Assembly (NCBI GenBank): GCA_965198175.1
Contig: OZ240245.1
Span: 1,248,001 to 1,312,000 of the forward strand
DNA length: 64,000 nucleotides
Source: Candidatus Poribacteria bacterium
GTDB lineage: Bacteria; Poribacteria; WGA-4E; PCPOR2b
Direction: 5' to 3'
Part shown: positions 10,027-20,602 of the stretch, piece after piece
Numbering within the stretch: the stretch's first letter is position 1
How the letters are laid out: each line of letters starts with the position of its first letter
Notes under the pieces: generated by a model
Told to the model about the DNA's origin: nothing
The model's input: only the letters and a program-made list of their open reading frames with translations
Databases searched by the model: none
Made by a program: the position numbers and the translations under genes

Positions 10027-11205
10027 ATGGAACACTTCGTCACAGAAGGAGCTCTGGAATTGAAAATCATCAAGGTTGAACATTTTTTTCCGCGTCAGCG
10101 GGCACGTCTAGTTAAAATCACGACCGACAAAGGCATTGTGGGATGGGGCGAGGCAACGCTTGAAGGCAAACCCAAGAGCACAAAGGTTGCTGTTGAAGAA
10201 CTAGCGGACTATCTGATCGGTAAAGACCCGTTGCGGATTGAGCACCATTGGCAATATATCTACCGGTCAGCGTTCTATCGAGGCGGCAACGTCCTGATGA
10301 GCGCATTGTCTGGTATCGATCAGGCATTGTGGGACATCGCTGGGAAACACTACAGTGTGCCGACCTACAAGTTATTGGGCGATGCTGTGCGAGATCGCAT
10401 TCGGGTCTACGCCCACTGGGGCATTGACAGTATGACCGACGAAGGCAAAGCCCGTGCGAAGGAACGTCTCGAAACGCTTCAGAAGCAGGGAGGCTACAGA
10501 GCTTTCAAGTCCGGTCCGGGTGGCAAGTGGCGGGGGCATGAACCGCCGGCAGTTATTGACGCGTTTGTCGAGCGAGCCTATTTGATGCGAGAGTGGGTCG
10601 GTCCTGATGTAGAACTTGCCTTTGATTTCCACGGCAAGATGACACCCGCGCTTGCAATTGAAATCTGCCACGAATTAAGAGGTATGCGCCCGATGTTCGT
10701 AGAGGAACCAGTACCCCAGGAAAACATAGATGCGCTGAAACTCGTCTCGGACCATGTCACCTTTCCGATTGCTACAGGCGAACGCCTATTGACGCGGTGG
10801 GAATTCCGCGAAATCTTTGAAAAACAAGCAGTAGCCTATATCCAGCCGGATGTCTCTCATGCCGGCGGTATCACGGAACTCAAAAAGATTGCCAACATGG
10901 CTGAAGTCTACTATATACATATCGCGCCCCATTGTGCGATTGGGCCGGTGGCGTTTTCAGCGTCGTTGCACCTTGATGCAGTAGTGCCGAACTTTTTGAT
11001 TCAGGAGCAAACAGACTGGGCTATGGGCTCTGGTTTGTTGAAAGAAGATTGGCGAGTTAAAGATGGTTACGTCGAGTTGCCGACGAAACCAGGACTTGGC
11101 TTTGAAATTGACGAAAAAGCGGCTGAACAGAATCTCGACACCTACGAAGAAGAGTTGGGCGGCGAACACTATCATGAGTCAGATGGTAGTTTGGTGGATT
11201 GGTAG
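10027..11205 (+). CDS. dgoD: Galactonate dehydratase-like enolase-superfamily (mandelate racemase subgroup) enzyme
   Basis: GWGEATLEG, DPLRIEHHWQ, FYRGG...SALSGIDQALWDI, DFHG, FVEEP, IATGER, QPDVSHAGGITE, APH; substrate not certain. Confidence 0.8.
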   Translation: MEHFVTEGALELKIIKVEHFFPRQRARLVKITTDKGIVGWGEATLEGKPKSTKVAVEELADYLIGKDPLRIEHHWQYIYRSAFYRGGNVLMSALSGIDQALWDIAGKHYSVPTYKLLGDAVRDRIRVYAHWGIDSMTDEGKARAKERLETLQKQGGYRAFKSGPGGKWRGHEPPAVIDAFVERAYLMREWVGPDVELAFDFHGKMTPALAIEICHELRGMRPMFVEEPVPQENIDALKLVSDHVTFPIATGERLLTRWEFREIFEKQAVAYIQPDVSHAGGITELKKIANMAEVYYIHIAPHCAIGPVAFSASLHLDAVVPNFLIQEQTDWAMGSGLLKEDWRVKDGYVELPTKPGLGFEIDEKAAEQNLDTYEEELGGEHYHESDGSLVDW

Positions 11206-11649
11206 CGGGTTGTTCAAATCAACGCCGTTTCACTCCACTCAATCCACACGTCCCTAGATTCTCACGCAACCCAGATAATCATGAGTAGTTTGTGTTAACA
11301 GAAACTGCCAACCGATTTAGAAACCTTTTGGCTGAGCGTTCGACGACTCGACTTAATCTCGCCGAACGGTTGGGTTCATCTGAAACGCTCACAGCAGTCT
11401 CAATCGAGTTGTCGAAGCCGAGTCTTTGAGGAAAAATCTCACATCCCCGAAATCTTTCTACGGGTTTGAGCCGTTCTTACCCTTTCCAAATGTCGTTCCA
11501 ATTTCTCTCAAAACGGCATTCCAAAAAATGTCTGAATAAAAACCACACAATATTCCAGTTTCTTCCAACCATTTCCCTTCCCCACCCGCATCTCACTTCA
11601 CATTTCACGTATCAGCCAAGTACAGCATATCTTTAGAACGGGGACCGCT

Positions 11650-13623
11650 ATGATAGAAAAATCCGACCACAGTCAAAAATACCCCACCGCATTGGCTTGT
11701 AGGAACAATCTGAAATCGTTTGGCGCAAGCTGGCGAGCGATATCGATTGGTCTCCTTTTGATACCGGTTAATGTCTATTGGGTAATACAGATAGAAGGAG
11801 TATGGTATGCCGGGATGATTACGCTGATATCGCTGTTTATGAACACAACTATCAGCTTGCTGTTAATCATCCTTATTAACCTCTGTCTTCGACGAATGTC
11901 TCTAAGGGCATCATTAAGCCAAGCGGAACTGCTAACGATCTTCATCATGTTGAACCTTGGTGCTTCTATCGCTTCCCACGATTTTATACAGGTGCTTTTT
12001 GCAGGCATCTCCCACCTATTCTGGTTTGCTACCTCTGAGAATGAGTGGTATCAGTTGTTCACATACATTCCGGAATGGCTGACCGTGCGCGACAAGCATG
12101 TTCTCAATGGATTTTATAATGCGGATTCAACATTGTACACAGCCCGAAACCTTTCGACATGGCTGACGCCTTTCATCTGGTGGACGGCTTTTATTTGTAC
12201 CCTGTTATTGATGATGTTGTGCATCAATATCCTCGTGAAGAGGCAGTGGACCCAAAGGGAGAAACTGGTGTATCCCATCATCCAATTGCCACTGTCTATG
12301 ACGGAAGACGGTGGCTCGATGATGCTCTTCAAAAGCAGCGTGTTGTGGATAGGTTTCGGTATAGCGGCTGCCGTTGACATTATCAACAGTTTAAACTTTT
12401 TTTTCCCCTCTGTGCCACATTTGTCAATCAGATTTAATAATATTGGTCATCTATTCACAGCCAATCCCTGGAGCGCAATCGGTTGGATGCCCTTCACTTT
12501 CTATCCCTTTATCATTGGTCTTAGTTTCTTCTTGCCGCTGAATCTCTCTTTTTCAATCTGGTTTTTCTATCTGTTTCGCAAAGCACAGCGGGTTTTCTCA
12601 GCTACTTTCGGCTTGCAGAGCGTACCGAATTTTCCTTTTCTCAACGAACAATCCTCTGGTGCGTGGATTGGTCTTACGCTTGTTCTAATATGGGTGACCC
12701 GCAAACATCTCAAAGCAGTAATTTGGACGGTGTTTAATGACAAGACTGCCGAGGATGATTCCCAGGAGTCCCCATCTTACCGATGGGGGATGTTAGGGAT
12801 TTTCTGCTGCGGAGTATTTTTGCTGTTCTTTTCATATCGAGCGGGTATGTCCATCGGTATCATTATCCTGTTCTTTTCGCTGTATTTTGCGCTTGCCACA
12901 GCCATCGCACGGATGCGAGCGGAGTTGGGACCACCATTTCATGAACTCACTTATGTGACACCTCAGAATATATTAACCGATGTGATGGGAACACGCCGAC
13001 TTGGTGCGCGTAACTTGACGATGTTTTCCGTTTTTTGGTGGTTTAACCGGTCCTGGCGCAGTCATCCAATGCCGCATCAACTTGAGGGGTTCAAAATGGC
13101 TGAACAAACCGGAATGTCTACAAAACGTATTGTCCTTGCCATGACGCTCGCCATTTTTGTTGGGACTGTCGCCAGTTTTTGGATTATGCTTGATGGATGC
13201 TATCGACGCTTAAATCTGCCGCTCAAATGGTTTGGAGGTGTGATATATAGCCAATTAGATTCGCGGATGGGTAATCCAACGGGGCCTAATTTTCCCGCGT
13301 TGGGCGGGATGGGCGTCGGATTCACGCTAACCCTGTTTCTCATGTTCATGCGAAGACAATTTATCTGGTGGCCACTTCACCCAGCGGGATACGCCCTTTC
13401 GACCAATCTTATTGGCACCGACTATATCTGGTTCTGCCTCGTCCTAAGTTCCTCAGTAAAACTGGTTCTCATTAGGTATGGTGGATTGAGGCTATACCGA
13501 AAAGCAATTCCGTTCTTTATCGGTTTGGTTTTGGGAGAATATGTCGTTGTCACCGTCTTGAATACGATAAGCATAATCTTTAAGACCCAGACCTACGTTT
13601 TCTGGATTTATCAATTTTGGTAG
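11650..13623 (+). CDS. Polytopic membrane protein, DUF6785/DUF6784-like (putative transporter)
   Basis: Many hydrophobic helices; RQW..EKL.YPIIQLP, RMRAELG, HPMPHQLEGFK, WWPLHPAGY, YGGL..YRK..PFFIGL motifs. Confidence 0.72.
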   Translation: MIEKSDHSQKYPTALACRNNLKSFGASWRAISIGLLLIPVNVYWVIQIEGVWYAGMITLISLFMNTTISLLLIILINLCLRRMSLRASLSQAELLTIFIMLNLGASIASHDFIQVLFAGISHLFWFATSENEWYQLFTYIPEWLTVRDKHVLNGFYNADSTLYTARNLSTWLTPFIWWTAFICTLLLMMLCINILVKRQWTQREKLVYPIIQLPLSMTEDGGSMMLFKSSVLWIGFGIAAAVDIINSLNFFFPSVPHLSIRFNNIGHLFTANPWSAIGWMPFTFYPFIIGLSFFLPLNLSFSIWFFYLFRKAQRVFSATFGLQSVPNFPFLNEQSSGAWIGLTLVLIWVTRKHLKAVIWTVFNDKTAEDDSQESPSYRWGMLGIFCCGVFLLFFSYRAGMSIGIIILFFSLYFALATAIARMRAELGPPFHELTYVTPQNILTDVMGTRRLGARNLTMFSVFWWFNRSWRSHPMPHQLEGFKMAEQTGMSTKRIVLAMTLAIFVGTVASFWIMLDGCYRRLNLPLKWFGGVIYSQLDSRMGNPTGPNFPALGGMGVGFTLTLFLMFMRRQFIWWPLHPAGYALSTNLIGTDYIWFCLVLSSSVKLVLIRYGGLRLYRKAIPFFIGLVLGEYVVVTVLNTISIIFKTQTYVFWIYQFW

Positions 13624-13852
13624 ATACCTCTTTAACTTCGCTTTCATCCGGACTAACCGATTACAAACTGATTACAATTGAAACCGTTCTCGTGACGGGC
13701 GCTATTCTGTCAGTTGATGCTGGCTAGTCCACATCCTACCGGTTGCGAGCCGGGGCATGGCCGAATTCATGCTCATTGTAGATAGGAGCAGGAATGCTCA
13801 AGAATCTCCTCAAGATCTTGAGATGTCCTCGCGTTAATCTCAAGTGAATTGT

Positions 13853-13881
13853 TTGCACATTCTACAGGAAAGTGATACAAT
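13853..13881 (+). promoter_or_regulatory. Sigma70-type promoter of the mazG-NUDIX pair
   Basis: TTGCAC-17 bp-TACAAT with TG extended -10. Confidence 0.6.
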
Positions 13882-13994
13882 CTCAACCGACAATCGAACT
13901 TGGCAGATACCACACCACGAAAGCATTCTGGATAAAAGGACCGCCGATACAATTTTTTCAGTTGGCTGAAGTTTCAGCCGAAGGGAAGCATTCA

Positions 13995-14315
13995 ATGACC
14001 AGCTTACTTGACCTCCAGAAACGAATTGCTGATGAACGCGAGAAACGTGGTTTTGTTACAGAGCCTATCAAGATAGCCCTGCTTCTGTCCGAGGAGGTTG
14101 GGGAAATCGCCTCAGAAATCAAACGCCTTTGGTCTAAAAACTACGACCAATTTCGCGCTGATCGGCTTGAAGAGGAGATAGCTGACACCTTCGTTGTGCT
14201 CGTGGCTTTAGCAGATCAATTTGATATTGACATTGAGGAAGCTGTTGAAAGAAAGTTTTTCGATAAAGATGCGCAAAGGGAATGGAAATCCTCCCAAGTC
14301 GGTACATTAGCATAA
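13995..14315 (+). CDS. MazG-like nucleotide pyrophosphohydrolase
   Basis: LSEEVGEIA...LEEEIAD motif; start moved to ATG 13995 because the longer ORF start lies inside the promoter. Confidence 0.85.
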   Translation: MTSLLDLQKRIADEREKRGFVTEPIKIALLLSEEVGEIASEIKRLWSKNYDQFRADRLEEEIADTFVVLVALADQFDIDIEEAVERKFFDKDAQREWKSSQVGTLA

Positions 14316-14339
14316 GACATCGCAAGAGAGCCAAGAGGA

Positions 14340-14972
14340 ATGAAAGTGAATGGAGTTGTTGAGAAAGTTACCGCATTTGTAACACGGGAGAGGGATGGGG
14401 TGAGAGAGCTACTCGTGTTCAAGCATCCGAAGGCAGGTATTCAAATCCCCGCAGGGACAGTTGAAGACGGTGAAAATCCTGAAACAGCGGTAAAGAGGGA
14501 AGTTTATGAAGAAACCGGCCTACAGAATGTAAAAATTGAAAAATCCCTGGGCTATATTGAAAATAAGTTGGAAGAGGGGGAAAGGATAATAGCGCAAGCT
14601 ACCCAGGTGTATATCAAACCAAATTTAAGCTCAATCCCCTACAAGGAAAAGCTGACTAGAGGGCTCACTGTCGATTACAATTCCACGCACAAAGATTTCA
14701 GCTACGTTTCATACGTTGAATACGACAGATTTCCCAATCCGACATGCGTCCTCTATAATATTACAGGATGGGTTCCGAATGAGAACCTAAGTTCGCAAAA
14801 AGCGAGACATTTTTTCCAGCTAACTACACTGAAAGAGACGGTAGATGAGTGGGAAGTGAAAAGCGATAGAGACCATATTTTCAAGCTGTATTGGACACCG
14901 CTTTCACCGAAGCCTCGTATTGTGTCTCAGCAGGACAAGTGGTTGGATTTCGTCTACGAGAAGATTCATTAA
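14340..14972 (+). CDS. NUDIX hydrolase with an internal insertion
   Basis: Complete Nudix box GTVEDGENPETAVKREVYEETGL. Confidence 0.88.
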   Translation: MKVNGVVEKVTAFVTRERDGVRELLVFKHPKAGIQIPAGTVEDGENPETAVKREVYEETGLQNVKIEKSLGYIENKLEEGERIIAQATQVYIKPNLSSIPYKEKLTRGLTVDYNSTHKDFSYVSYVEYDRFPNPTCVLYNITGWVPNENLSSQKARHFFQLTTLKETVDEWEVKSDRDHIFKLYWTPLSPKPRIVSQQDKWLDFVYEKIH

Positions 14973-15075
14973 GTGGTCTATGGCTGCTTTTAGGCGTTAG
15001 GCTCGGAGCAAACCTTTGGTCGACTTGAAACCTTCCAAATATTGAAGTCATACTAATTTTCATGGGAGAACAGGT

Positions 15076-16812
15076 ATGCCGTTTACAACACGCCCCGTGC
15101 TGATGGGTACACACGGCATGGTGACAGCGGGACACTATCTCGCGGCAGCAGCGGGATTCCGAATGCTTGAAAGAGGAGGCAACGCGATCGACGCGGGCGT
15201 TGCTGCGGGATTGGCGGTTAATGTCCTCGAACCGCAATCAAACGGAATTGGCGGTGAAGCCCCCATCTTAATCTATTCGGCGCGTCAAAAGCAAGTCTAT
15301 GCGATCAATGGACAAGGGTACGCTCCAAAAGCCTCCACAATTGATTGGTTCAAATCGCGAGGGATAGATATCATCCCAGGTGATGGATTTTTATCAGCGA
15401 CAGTCCCCGGCGCATTTGGCGCGTGGTTAACAGCCTTGCAGCACTTTGGGAAACTCAGTCTAAAAGACGTGCTGACACCAGCAATTGAATTGACGGCAGA
15501 AGGTTTCCCGGTGTATCCTGAGCTGCACAGTGCAATTGACAGTCTTGCAGATAGATTCCGGGATGTATGGCCAAGCTCAGCGAGGGTTTATCTACCCCAT
15601 AATCGCTCACCAGCGGTTGGCGAACTCTTCCGCAACGTGGACTGGGCAAACACGTTCAAAGGCGCAATTGATGTCGAAATCAGAAATCGGCGTCGCGGAC
15701 GCGAAGCGGCAATTGAAGCCGCGCGCGACTACTTCTACAAGGGAGAAATTGTCGAAAGAATTGTCGAATTTACCCAGCGTACGAAGATTCGCGATGCCAG
15801 CAATCAGGAAAATTATGGTTTGCTTGCACCGGATGACTTTCAGGTGTATCAAACGAAAGTCGAAACTCCCGTAACACTGAGCTATCGCGGTTACGATGTT
15901 TACAAGTGCAATACATGGTGTCAAGGCCCCGTTTTCCTGCAACAGTTGGCGTTGCTTGAAGGATATGACCTTTCATCAATGGGGTACAACTCGGCTGACT
16001 ATATTCACACCGTGGTTGAATCTGGAAAACTCGCCTTCGCGGATCGGGAGAGATATTACGGAGACCCAGATTTTGTCACGGTGCCACTAAATCGATTGCT
16101 CTCGAAAGCGTATGCTGCAGAACGGCGCCAGCTCATCAGTCCGGAAGAGGCGTCAATGGAGCTCCGCCCCGGTGATGCACCGCCGATTCAACTGGAATCC
16201 GGAGAAACGCATCCAAACGGCTATACGGGTGATACTACCCATCTAGATGCTATCGACTGTGAAGGCAACATGATCGCTGCTACACCAAGCGGTGGTTGGA
16301 TTCCGTCCTCGCCCGTTATTGAGGGATTGGGATTTCCTTTAGGGACGCGGGGACAGATGTTCTATCTGGATGTCAATCACGCGAATGCACTTGCCCCGCA
16401 CAAACGCCCACGCACAACGCTGACCCCCTCTCTCGTAATGAAAGATGGGGAACCGTTTATGGTTTTCGGGACTCCAGGGGGCGATTGCCAGGATCAGTGG
16501 ACGTTGCAGTTTTTCCTTAACTTCGTCGATTTCGGTATGAATCTACAAGAAGCCATTGACGCACCGAACTTTCACACACGCCATTTCCCAAGTTCTTTCT
16601 ATCCACACAACGCCGAGCCCGGAAGCGTTGTCCTTGAAGGACGTATTCCTGAATCGGTGCGGGCTGAACTTGCAGATCGCGGACATCAAATCTCGGTTGC
16701 AGAAGATTGGAGTCATGGACGGGTGCTCGGCATCACCTTTGATTCAAAGACCGGCTTGATTTCCGCGGGTGCATCGCCCCGTGCTCAGATAGCTTATGCG
16801 ATGGGGCGATGA
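15076..16812 (+). CDS. ggt: Gamma-glutamyltransferase family protein
   Basis: GGNAIDAG, GIGGE, TVPG, AFADRERYYGDP, GDTTH (Thr nucleophile), KRPRTTLTP, FGTPGGD. Confidence 0.93.
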   Translation: MPFTTRPVLMGTHGMVTAGHYLAAAAGFRMLERGGNAIDAGVAAGLAVNVLEPQSNGIGGEAPILIYSARQKQVYAINGQGYAPKASTIDWFKSRGIDIIPGDGFLSATVPGAFGAWLTALQHFGKLSLKDVLTPAIELTAEGFPVYPELHSAIDSLADRFRDVWPSSARVYLPHNRSPAVGELFRNVDWANTFKGAIDVEIRNRRRGREAAIEAARDYFYKGEIVERIVEFTQRTKIRDASNQENYGLLAPDDFQVYQTKVETPVTLSYRGYDVYKCNTWCQGPVFLQQLALLEGYDLSSMGYNSADYIHTVVESGKLAFADRERYYGDPDFVTVPLNRLLSKAYAAERRQLISPEEASMELRPGDAPPIQLESGETHPNGYTGDTTHLDAIDCEGNMIAATPSGGWIPSSPVIEGLGFPLGTRGQMFYLDVNHANALAPHKRPRTTLTPSLVMKDGEPFMVFGTPGGDCQDQWTLQFFLNFVDFGMNLQEAIDAPNFHTRHFPSSFYPHNAEPGSVVLEGRIPESVRAELADRGHQISVAEDWSHGRVLGITFDSKTGLISAGASPRAQIAYAMGR

Positions 16813-16871
16813 TAAGGAAACGACTCTCTCACTACATCATAAATGTGAAATCCATAATTGGAGGTATAAAG

Positions 16872-18344
16872 ATGTGTTTAAGACAAGAGCGCCGCCAATT
16901 CAGGCGAGGACAGGAAGTTCCAATTCTAATTTTTGCTATCTTTTGGGTAGGATTAGCTTTTATATCGGAGACTCAAGCAGCACACAATTGGACGGAGCAG
17001 ATTGCTGCCTTCAAACCGATGGTTGTGAACGTGGAAACCTCTTCGGAAGTTGTATTTGAAGCGGAATCGAAGGGTACAAGCTTCGCCACCGGTTTCATCG
17101 TTGACGCTGAACGTGGGATTATCGCAACCAATCGGCATGTCACTGGCAGCAGTCCATCGTACGTCAAGATTAATTTTTACGATGGTAGTTTTACAGAAGC
17201 GGAGGTACTCTACTATGATCCGACGCACGACTTCGGTTTTTATCGAATCAACTCGGCAGAGGTGCAGTTTGAGTTGCAAGCTGTGGGAATGAACTCGTGG
17301 CGCAGCCTTGCTTTGGGCGATGAATTGCTTCTGATTGGCAACAACGAGAAGGAGGAGTATTCAATCAAATTTGGCACCGTTGCAAATCTTAACGTCAACA
17401 AAGGCGATCGGCACTCAAGTTACATCCACACGACGTTTGATCGCACAGGCGGGGCTAGTGGAAGTCCTGTCTGGAACACGAACGGAGAGGTCATTGCCAT
17501 CCATGCACGCGGGACAGATACTTCAAGTTTTGAGTTGCCAATCGACTATTTGACGGACGCCCTAGCGAAAATTCAAAATCAGATTCCGATTCAACGTGGG
17601 GAAATCGGGGTAGATTTGGAACTAATCTCCATCGGTGAGGCGATTAAGCATTTCAGACTGCCGGAATCATCGCGTGTGGAAATTGGACCCTCAGAGATGG
17701 GAACGCCTAAAGTCATTCAGATTGAATCAATTATTCCTCGGACAACTGGCGAGAAACATCTACGGGCTTCCGATATTGTCTATCGAATCAACGAGAAACT
17801 TATCCGCGATGAGCTATATACTTTCGACGCTATTTTGAATGAAAGTGTGGGGCAAAATGTGACGTTGGACATTTATCGTAACGGGCAGGCAATGTCGGTT
17901 GAGATGCCGGTCGAAGACCTCGAGTTGAAGAAAATCCGCCGGTTTGTTCGATTTGCAGGTTCAATCTTTCACGACATCACGCCTAGTCTGAGACGGATGC
18001 TTTACTTCGAGGCGGATGGCGTTTATTTGACCCATGCGGTTGCAGGCAGCAGTTTCTCACGTATCGGGATGCGCGAGCGCAATGGCAATTCGAAAGTGGT
18101 CATTTTGGAAATTAATGGGCGACCAATTCGAGGTTTGGACGATTTTATTGATGCCTGTAATGAGATTTCGGATGGACAACACACGTATGTGGTCATCCGC
18201 GATTTCAATCTGTTTGACAGCTCACCAACCCCCAAGAGTGTGACAGTGAACCTGAAGTTCGGTCCGCTACAGGTGTTTTTGTGGAATGAGCACATTCTTG
18301 ACTGGGAAGAAGCGGGGATTGAGGATCAAACTGCGACAGAATGA
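16872..18344 (+). CDS. Secreted S1C/HtrA-type serine protease with PDZ domains, Nma111/Deg7-like
   Basis: ATGFIVDAERGIIATNRHV (His), YDPTHDFGF (Asp), GGASGSPV (Ser); PDZ-like C-terminal half; RBS GGAGG before ATG 16872. Confidence 0.85.
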   Translation: MCLRQERRQFRRGQEVPILIFAIFWVGLAFISETQAAHNWTEQIAAFKPMVVNVETSSEVVFEAESKGTSFATGFIVDAERGIIATNRHVTGSSPSYVKINFYDGSFTEAEVLYYDPTHDFGFYRINSAEVQFELQAVGMNSWRSLALGDELLLIGNNEKEEYSIKFGTVANLNVNKGDRHSSYIHTTFDRTGGASGSPVWNTNGEVIAIHARGTDTSSFELPIDYLTDALAKIQNQIPIQRGEIGVDLELISIGEAIKHFRLPESSRVEIGPSEMGTPKVIQIESIIPRTTGEKHLRASDIVYRINEKLIRDELYTFDAILNESVGQNVTLDIYRNGQAMSVEMPVEDLELKKIRRFVRFAGSIFHDITPSLRRMLYFEADGVYLTHAVAGSSFSRIGMRERNGNSKVVILEINGRPIRGLDDFIDACNEISDGQHTYVVIRDFNLFDSSPTPKSVTVNLKFGPLQVFLWNEHILDWEEAGIEDQTATE

Positions 18345-18356
18345 ACGTCAAGTAAA

Positions 18357-19103
18357 TCACTGGATCTTTAACGAAGTGACACTTGATTCGATCTCCGCGG
18401 TCCCCCGGAGTGAATTCAAGGGCAGATAAATCTTGTTTAGTTTGTCCTCCATTTTGCTACGCATGAATTCAATCTCTTCTCGTAATTGAGCGACTGCCTG
18501 CTGTTTTTCGGAAGCGGGCAGTTTGGGGGATTTCTGTATGGCTGCGACCTCACGTTCATACTCAAGAATTTGAGGCGACTGATCCCGCAACGATTCTCGA
18601 TAGACTTTCAGATTCATTAATACCTGTAACGTGTAATCGCCCGGTTCTAGTTTGTAATAGGTATTCAGATTCTCCAATAAGGCTTCCCGAACTGTTCCCG
18701 CCTTCAAATCCACCCCTCGAATGCAACTGACATGGTTGCCATTCCGCATCAGGGTTTTGGGTTCATCCGCGAGGGCGATTGGATGCTTAGGTTTAACGAT
18801 TTCATCCATCTCGTTCTTGACGACTAAGTTTGTAAATGCGCCTTTCCCTTCAACAGCGGCATAAGGCACAAGCAGATCGAATTTCCCCACTTGTATTGTC
18901 ATCTCAAGAGGAATTGCCTCATCAACGGCATAGATGGGTTTCGATGATGATAAGTGGAGTTCCAAAATTGTTGGAGGCTTTTCTGCCGGAGTGGCTTGCA
19001 TCTGCACTGACGTTTCGGACTTTCCACCCAAACAACCGATTACAAAGAAACTACAAATGACAAGACAAATAAAAAGTGGATTCGGATAAGATCGGTCTTT
19101 CAT
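18357..19103 (-). CDS. Hypothetical lipoprotein
   Basis: Lipobox VIGC; Ig-like beta region with an inserted coiled coil; RBS AAGGAG before ATG 19103. Confidence 0.6.
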   Translation of the reverse strand: MKDRSYPNPLFICLVICSFFVIGCLGGKSETSVQMQATPAEKPPTILELHLSSSKPIYAVDEAIPLEMTIQVGKFDLLVPYAAVEGKGAFTNLVVKNEMDEIVKPKHPIALADEPKTLMRNGNHVSCIRGVDLKAGTVREALLENLNTYYKLEPGDYTLQVLMNLKVYRESLRDQSPQILEYEREVAAIQKSPKLPASEKQQAVAQLREEIEFMRSKMEDKLNKIYLPLNSLRGTAEIESSVTSLKIQ

Positions 19104-19159
19104 TGTGTTCTCCTTGTTCAAACCTTAGGAAGGTTCGAAACATTTGTCACCTCGCACCT

Positions 19160-20602
19160 TTAGATGATAAACATTTGCATGAATTCATTCACTGGTGTAG
19201 TTTCCAGCCGTTTCTGGTCAAGACAGAGATTCGTGATAGCTTGAACCCGCTTCGCCGGAAAACGGGTCGCTAGGTTGGCGACAAATTTTTCCTCCAACAA
19301 TGGAATCCCTTCATCTCGTCTCCGCCGATGCCCAATTGGATATTCGACGGCGACCTTTTCAGTAGTCGAGCCATCCTTGAAGCAAATCTGGAGTGCGTTT
19401 GCAATTGAGCGTTTGTACGGATCAAGATAGTCTTTGCTATAGTGGGGAGATTCAACAACTACCATTTTTTCTCGCAAGGCGTCGATGAGCGGATTATTCG
19501 CAAATTTATCTTCGTAGTGATCAGCGGTCAACTCGCCGAAGATAAGTCCAACCGCTACCATATACTGTAGGCAGTGATCTCGATCTGCGGGATTGTTCAG
19601 CGGGCCGGTTTTATCAATGATGCGAATCGCGGATTCGTGCGTCGTAATTGTAATTGCCTCGATTTCATCCAGCCGATTTTTTATCTGGCTATGCAGCTTG
19701 AAAGCACATTCGACAGCTGTCTGGGCATGAAATTCTGCTGGGAATGAAATTTTGAACAGAATATTTTTCATTACATATGTCCCATAAGGACGTTGACGGA
19801 TGAAAGGCTTTCCCTTAAACAGTACATCGTAAAATCCCCACTTCTGTGCGGACATCGCCGAATTATACCCCATTTCCCCCTTCATCGCTGACAGGGCAAG
19901 CCACACGGCACGACTGGTCGCATCCCCAGCCGCCCAGGATTTTCGAGATCCGGTGTTAGGTGCATGGCGGTAGACCCGCAAATTGCCTCCGTCGACAAAA
20001 GCGTTGGAAACCGCATTGATGATTTCGTCCGCGCCTCCTCCTAGCATCCTTGTGACGACCGCAGTTGAGGCAACTTTCACGAACAGTACGTGGTCTAATC
20101 CAACGCGGTTCAAGCTGTTTTCCAACGCGAGTACACCCTGGACCTCGTAGGCTTTAATCATAAACGTGAGAACATCACGCATCACAAGTGGCGAGCGACC
20201 TTCAGCCACGTTTCGGCGGCTCAGATAGTCCGCGGTTGCCAAGATGCCGCCTAGATTGTCAGAAGGATGTCCCCACTCTGCCGCGAGCCACGTGTCGTTG
20301 TAATCCAACCACCGAATTAGACAGCCGATATTGAACGCAGCCTGCACCGGATCTAACTCGAACTGTTGTCCCGGAACGCGGGCACCATTCGGAACGTGTG
20401 TACCAGAAATAACAGGTCCTAGGTGTTTCGTGCATTCGGGATAGCGCAGGGCTAACAAGCCACATCCAAGCGAATCGATCAGACAGTGCCGGGCGGTTTC
20501 GTAGGCGAGGTGGCTATCGATGGGGTAGTCGGCTACATACTCGGCGATATCAACGAGTATTGGGTCGGGTTCAGGGCGGTTGTTAGACGTTAAAGCCGTC
20601 AT
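19160..20602 (-). CDS. prpD: 2-methylcitrate dehydratase
   Basis: [71 protein letters not shown]. Confidence 0.96.
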   Translation of the reverse strand: MTALTSNNRPEPDPILVDIAEYVADYPIDSHLAYETARHCLIDSLGCGLLALRYPECTKHLGPVISGTHVPNGARVPGQQFELDPVQAAFNIGCLIRWLDYNDTWLAAEWGHPSDNLGGILATADYLSRRNVAEGRSPLVMRDVLTFMIKAYEVQGVLALENSLNRVGLDHVLFVKVASTAVVTRMLGGGADEIINAVSNAFVDGGNLRVYRHAPNTGSRKSWAAGDATSRAVWLALSAMKGEMGYNSAMSAQKWGFYDVLFKGKPFIRQRPYGTYVMKNILFKISFPAEFHAQTAVECAFKLHSQIKNRLDEIEAITITTHESAIRIIDKTGPLNNPADRDHCLQYMVAVGLIFGELTADHYEDKFANNPLIDALREKMVVVESPHYSKDYLDPYKRSIANALQICFKDGSTTEKVAVEYPIGHRRRRDEGIPLLEEKFVANLATRFPAKRVQAITNLCLDQKRLETTPVNEFMQMFII

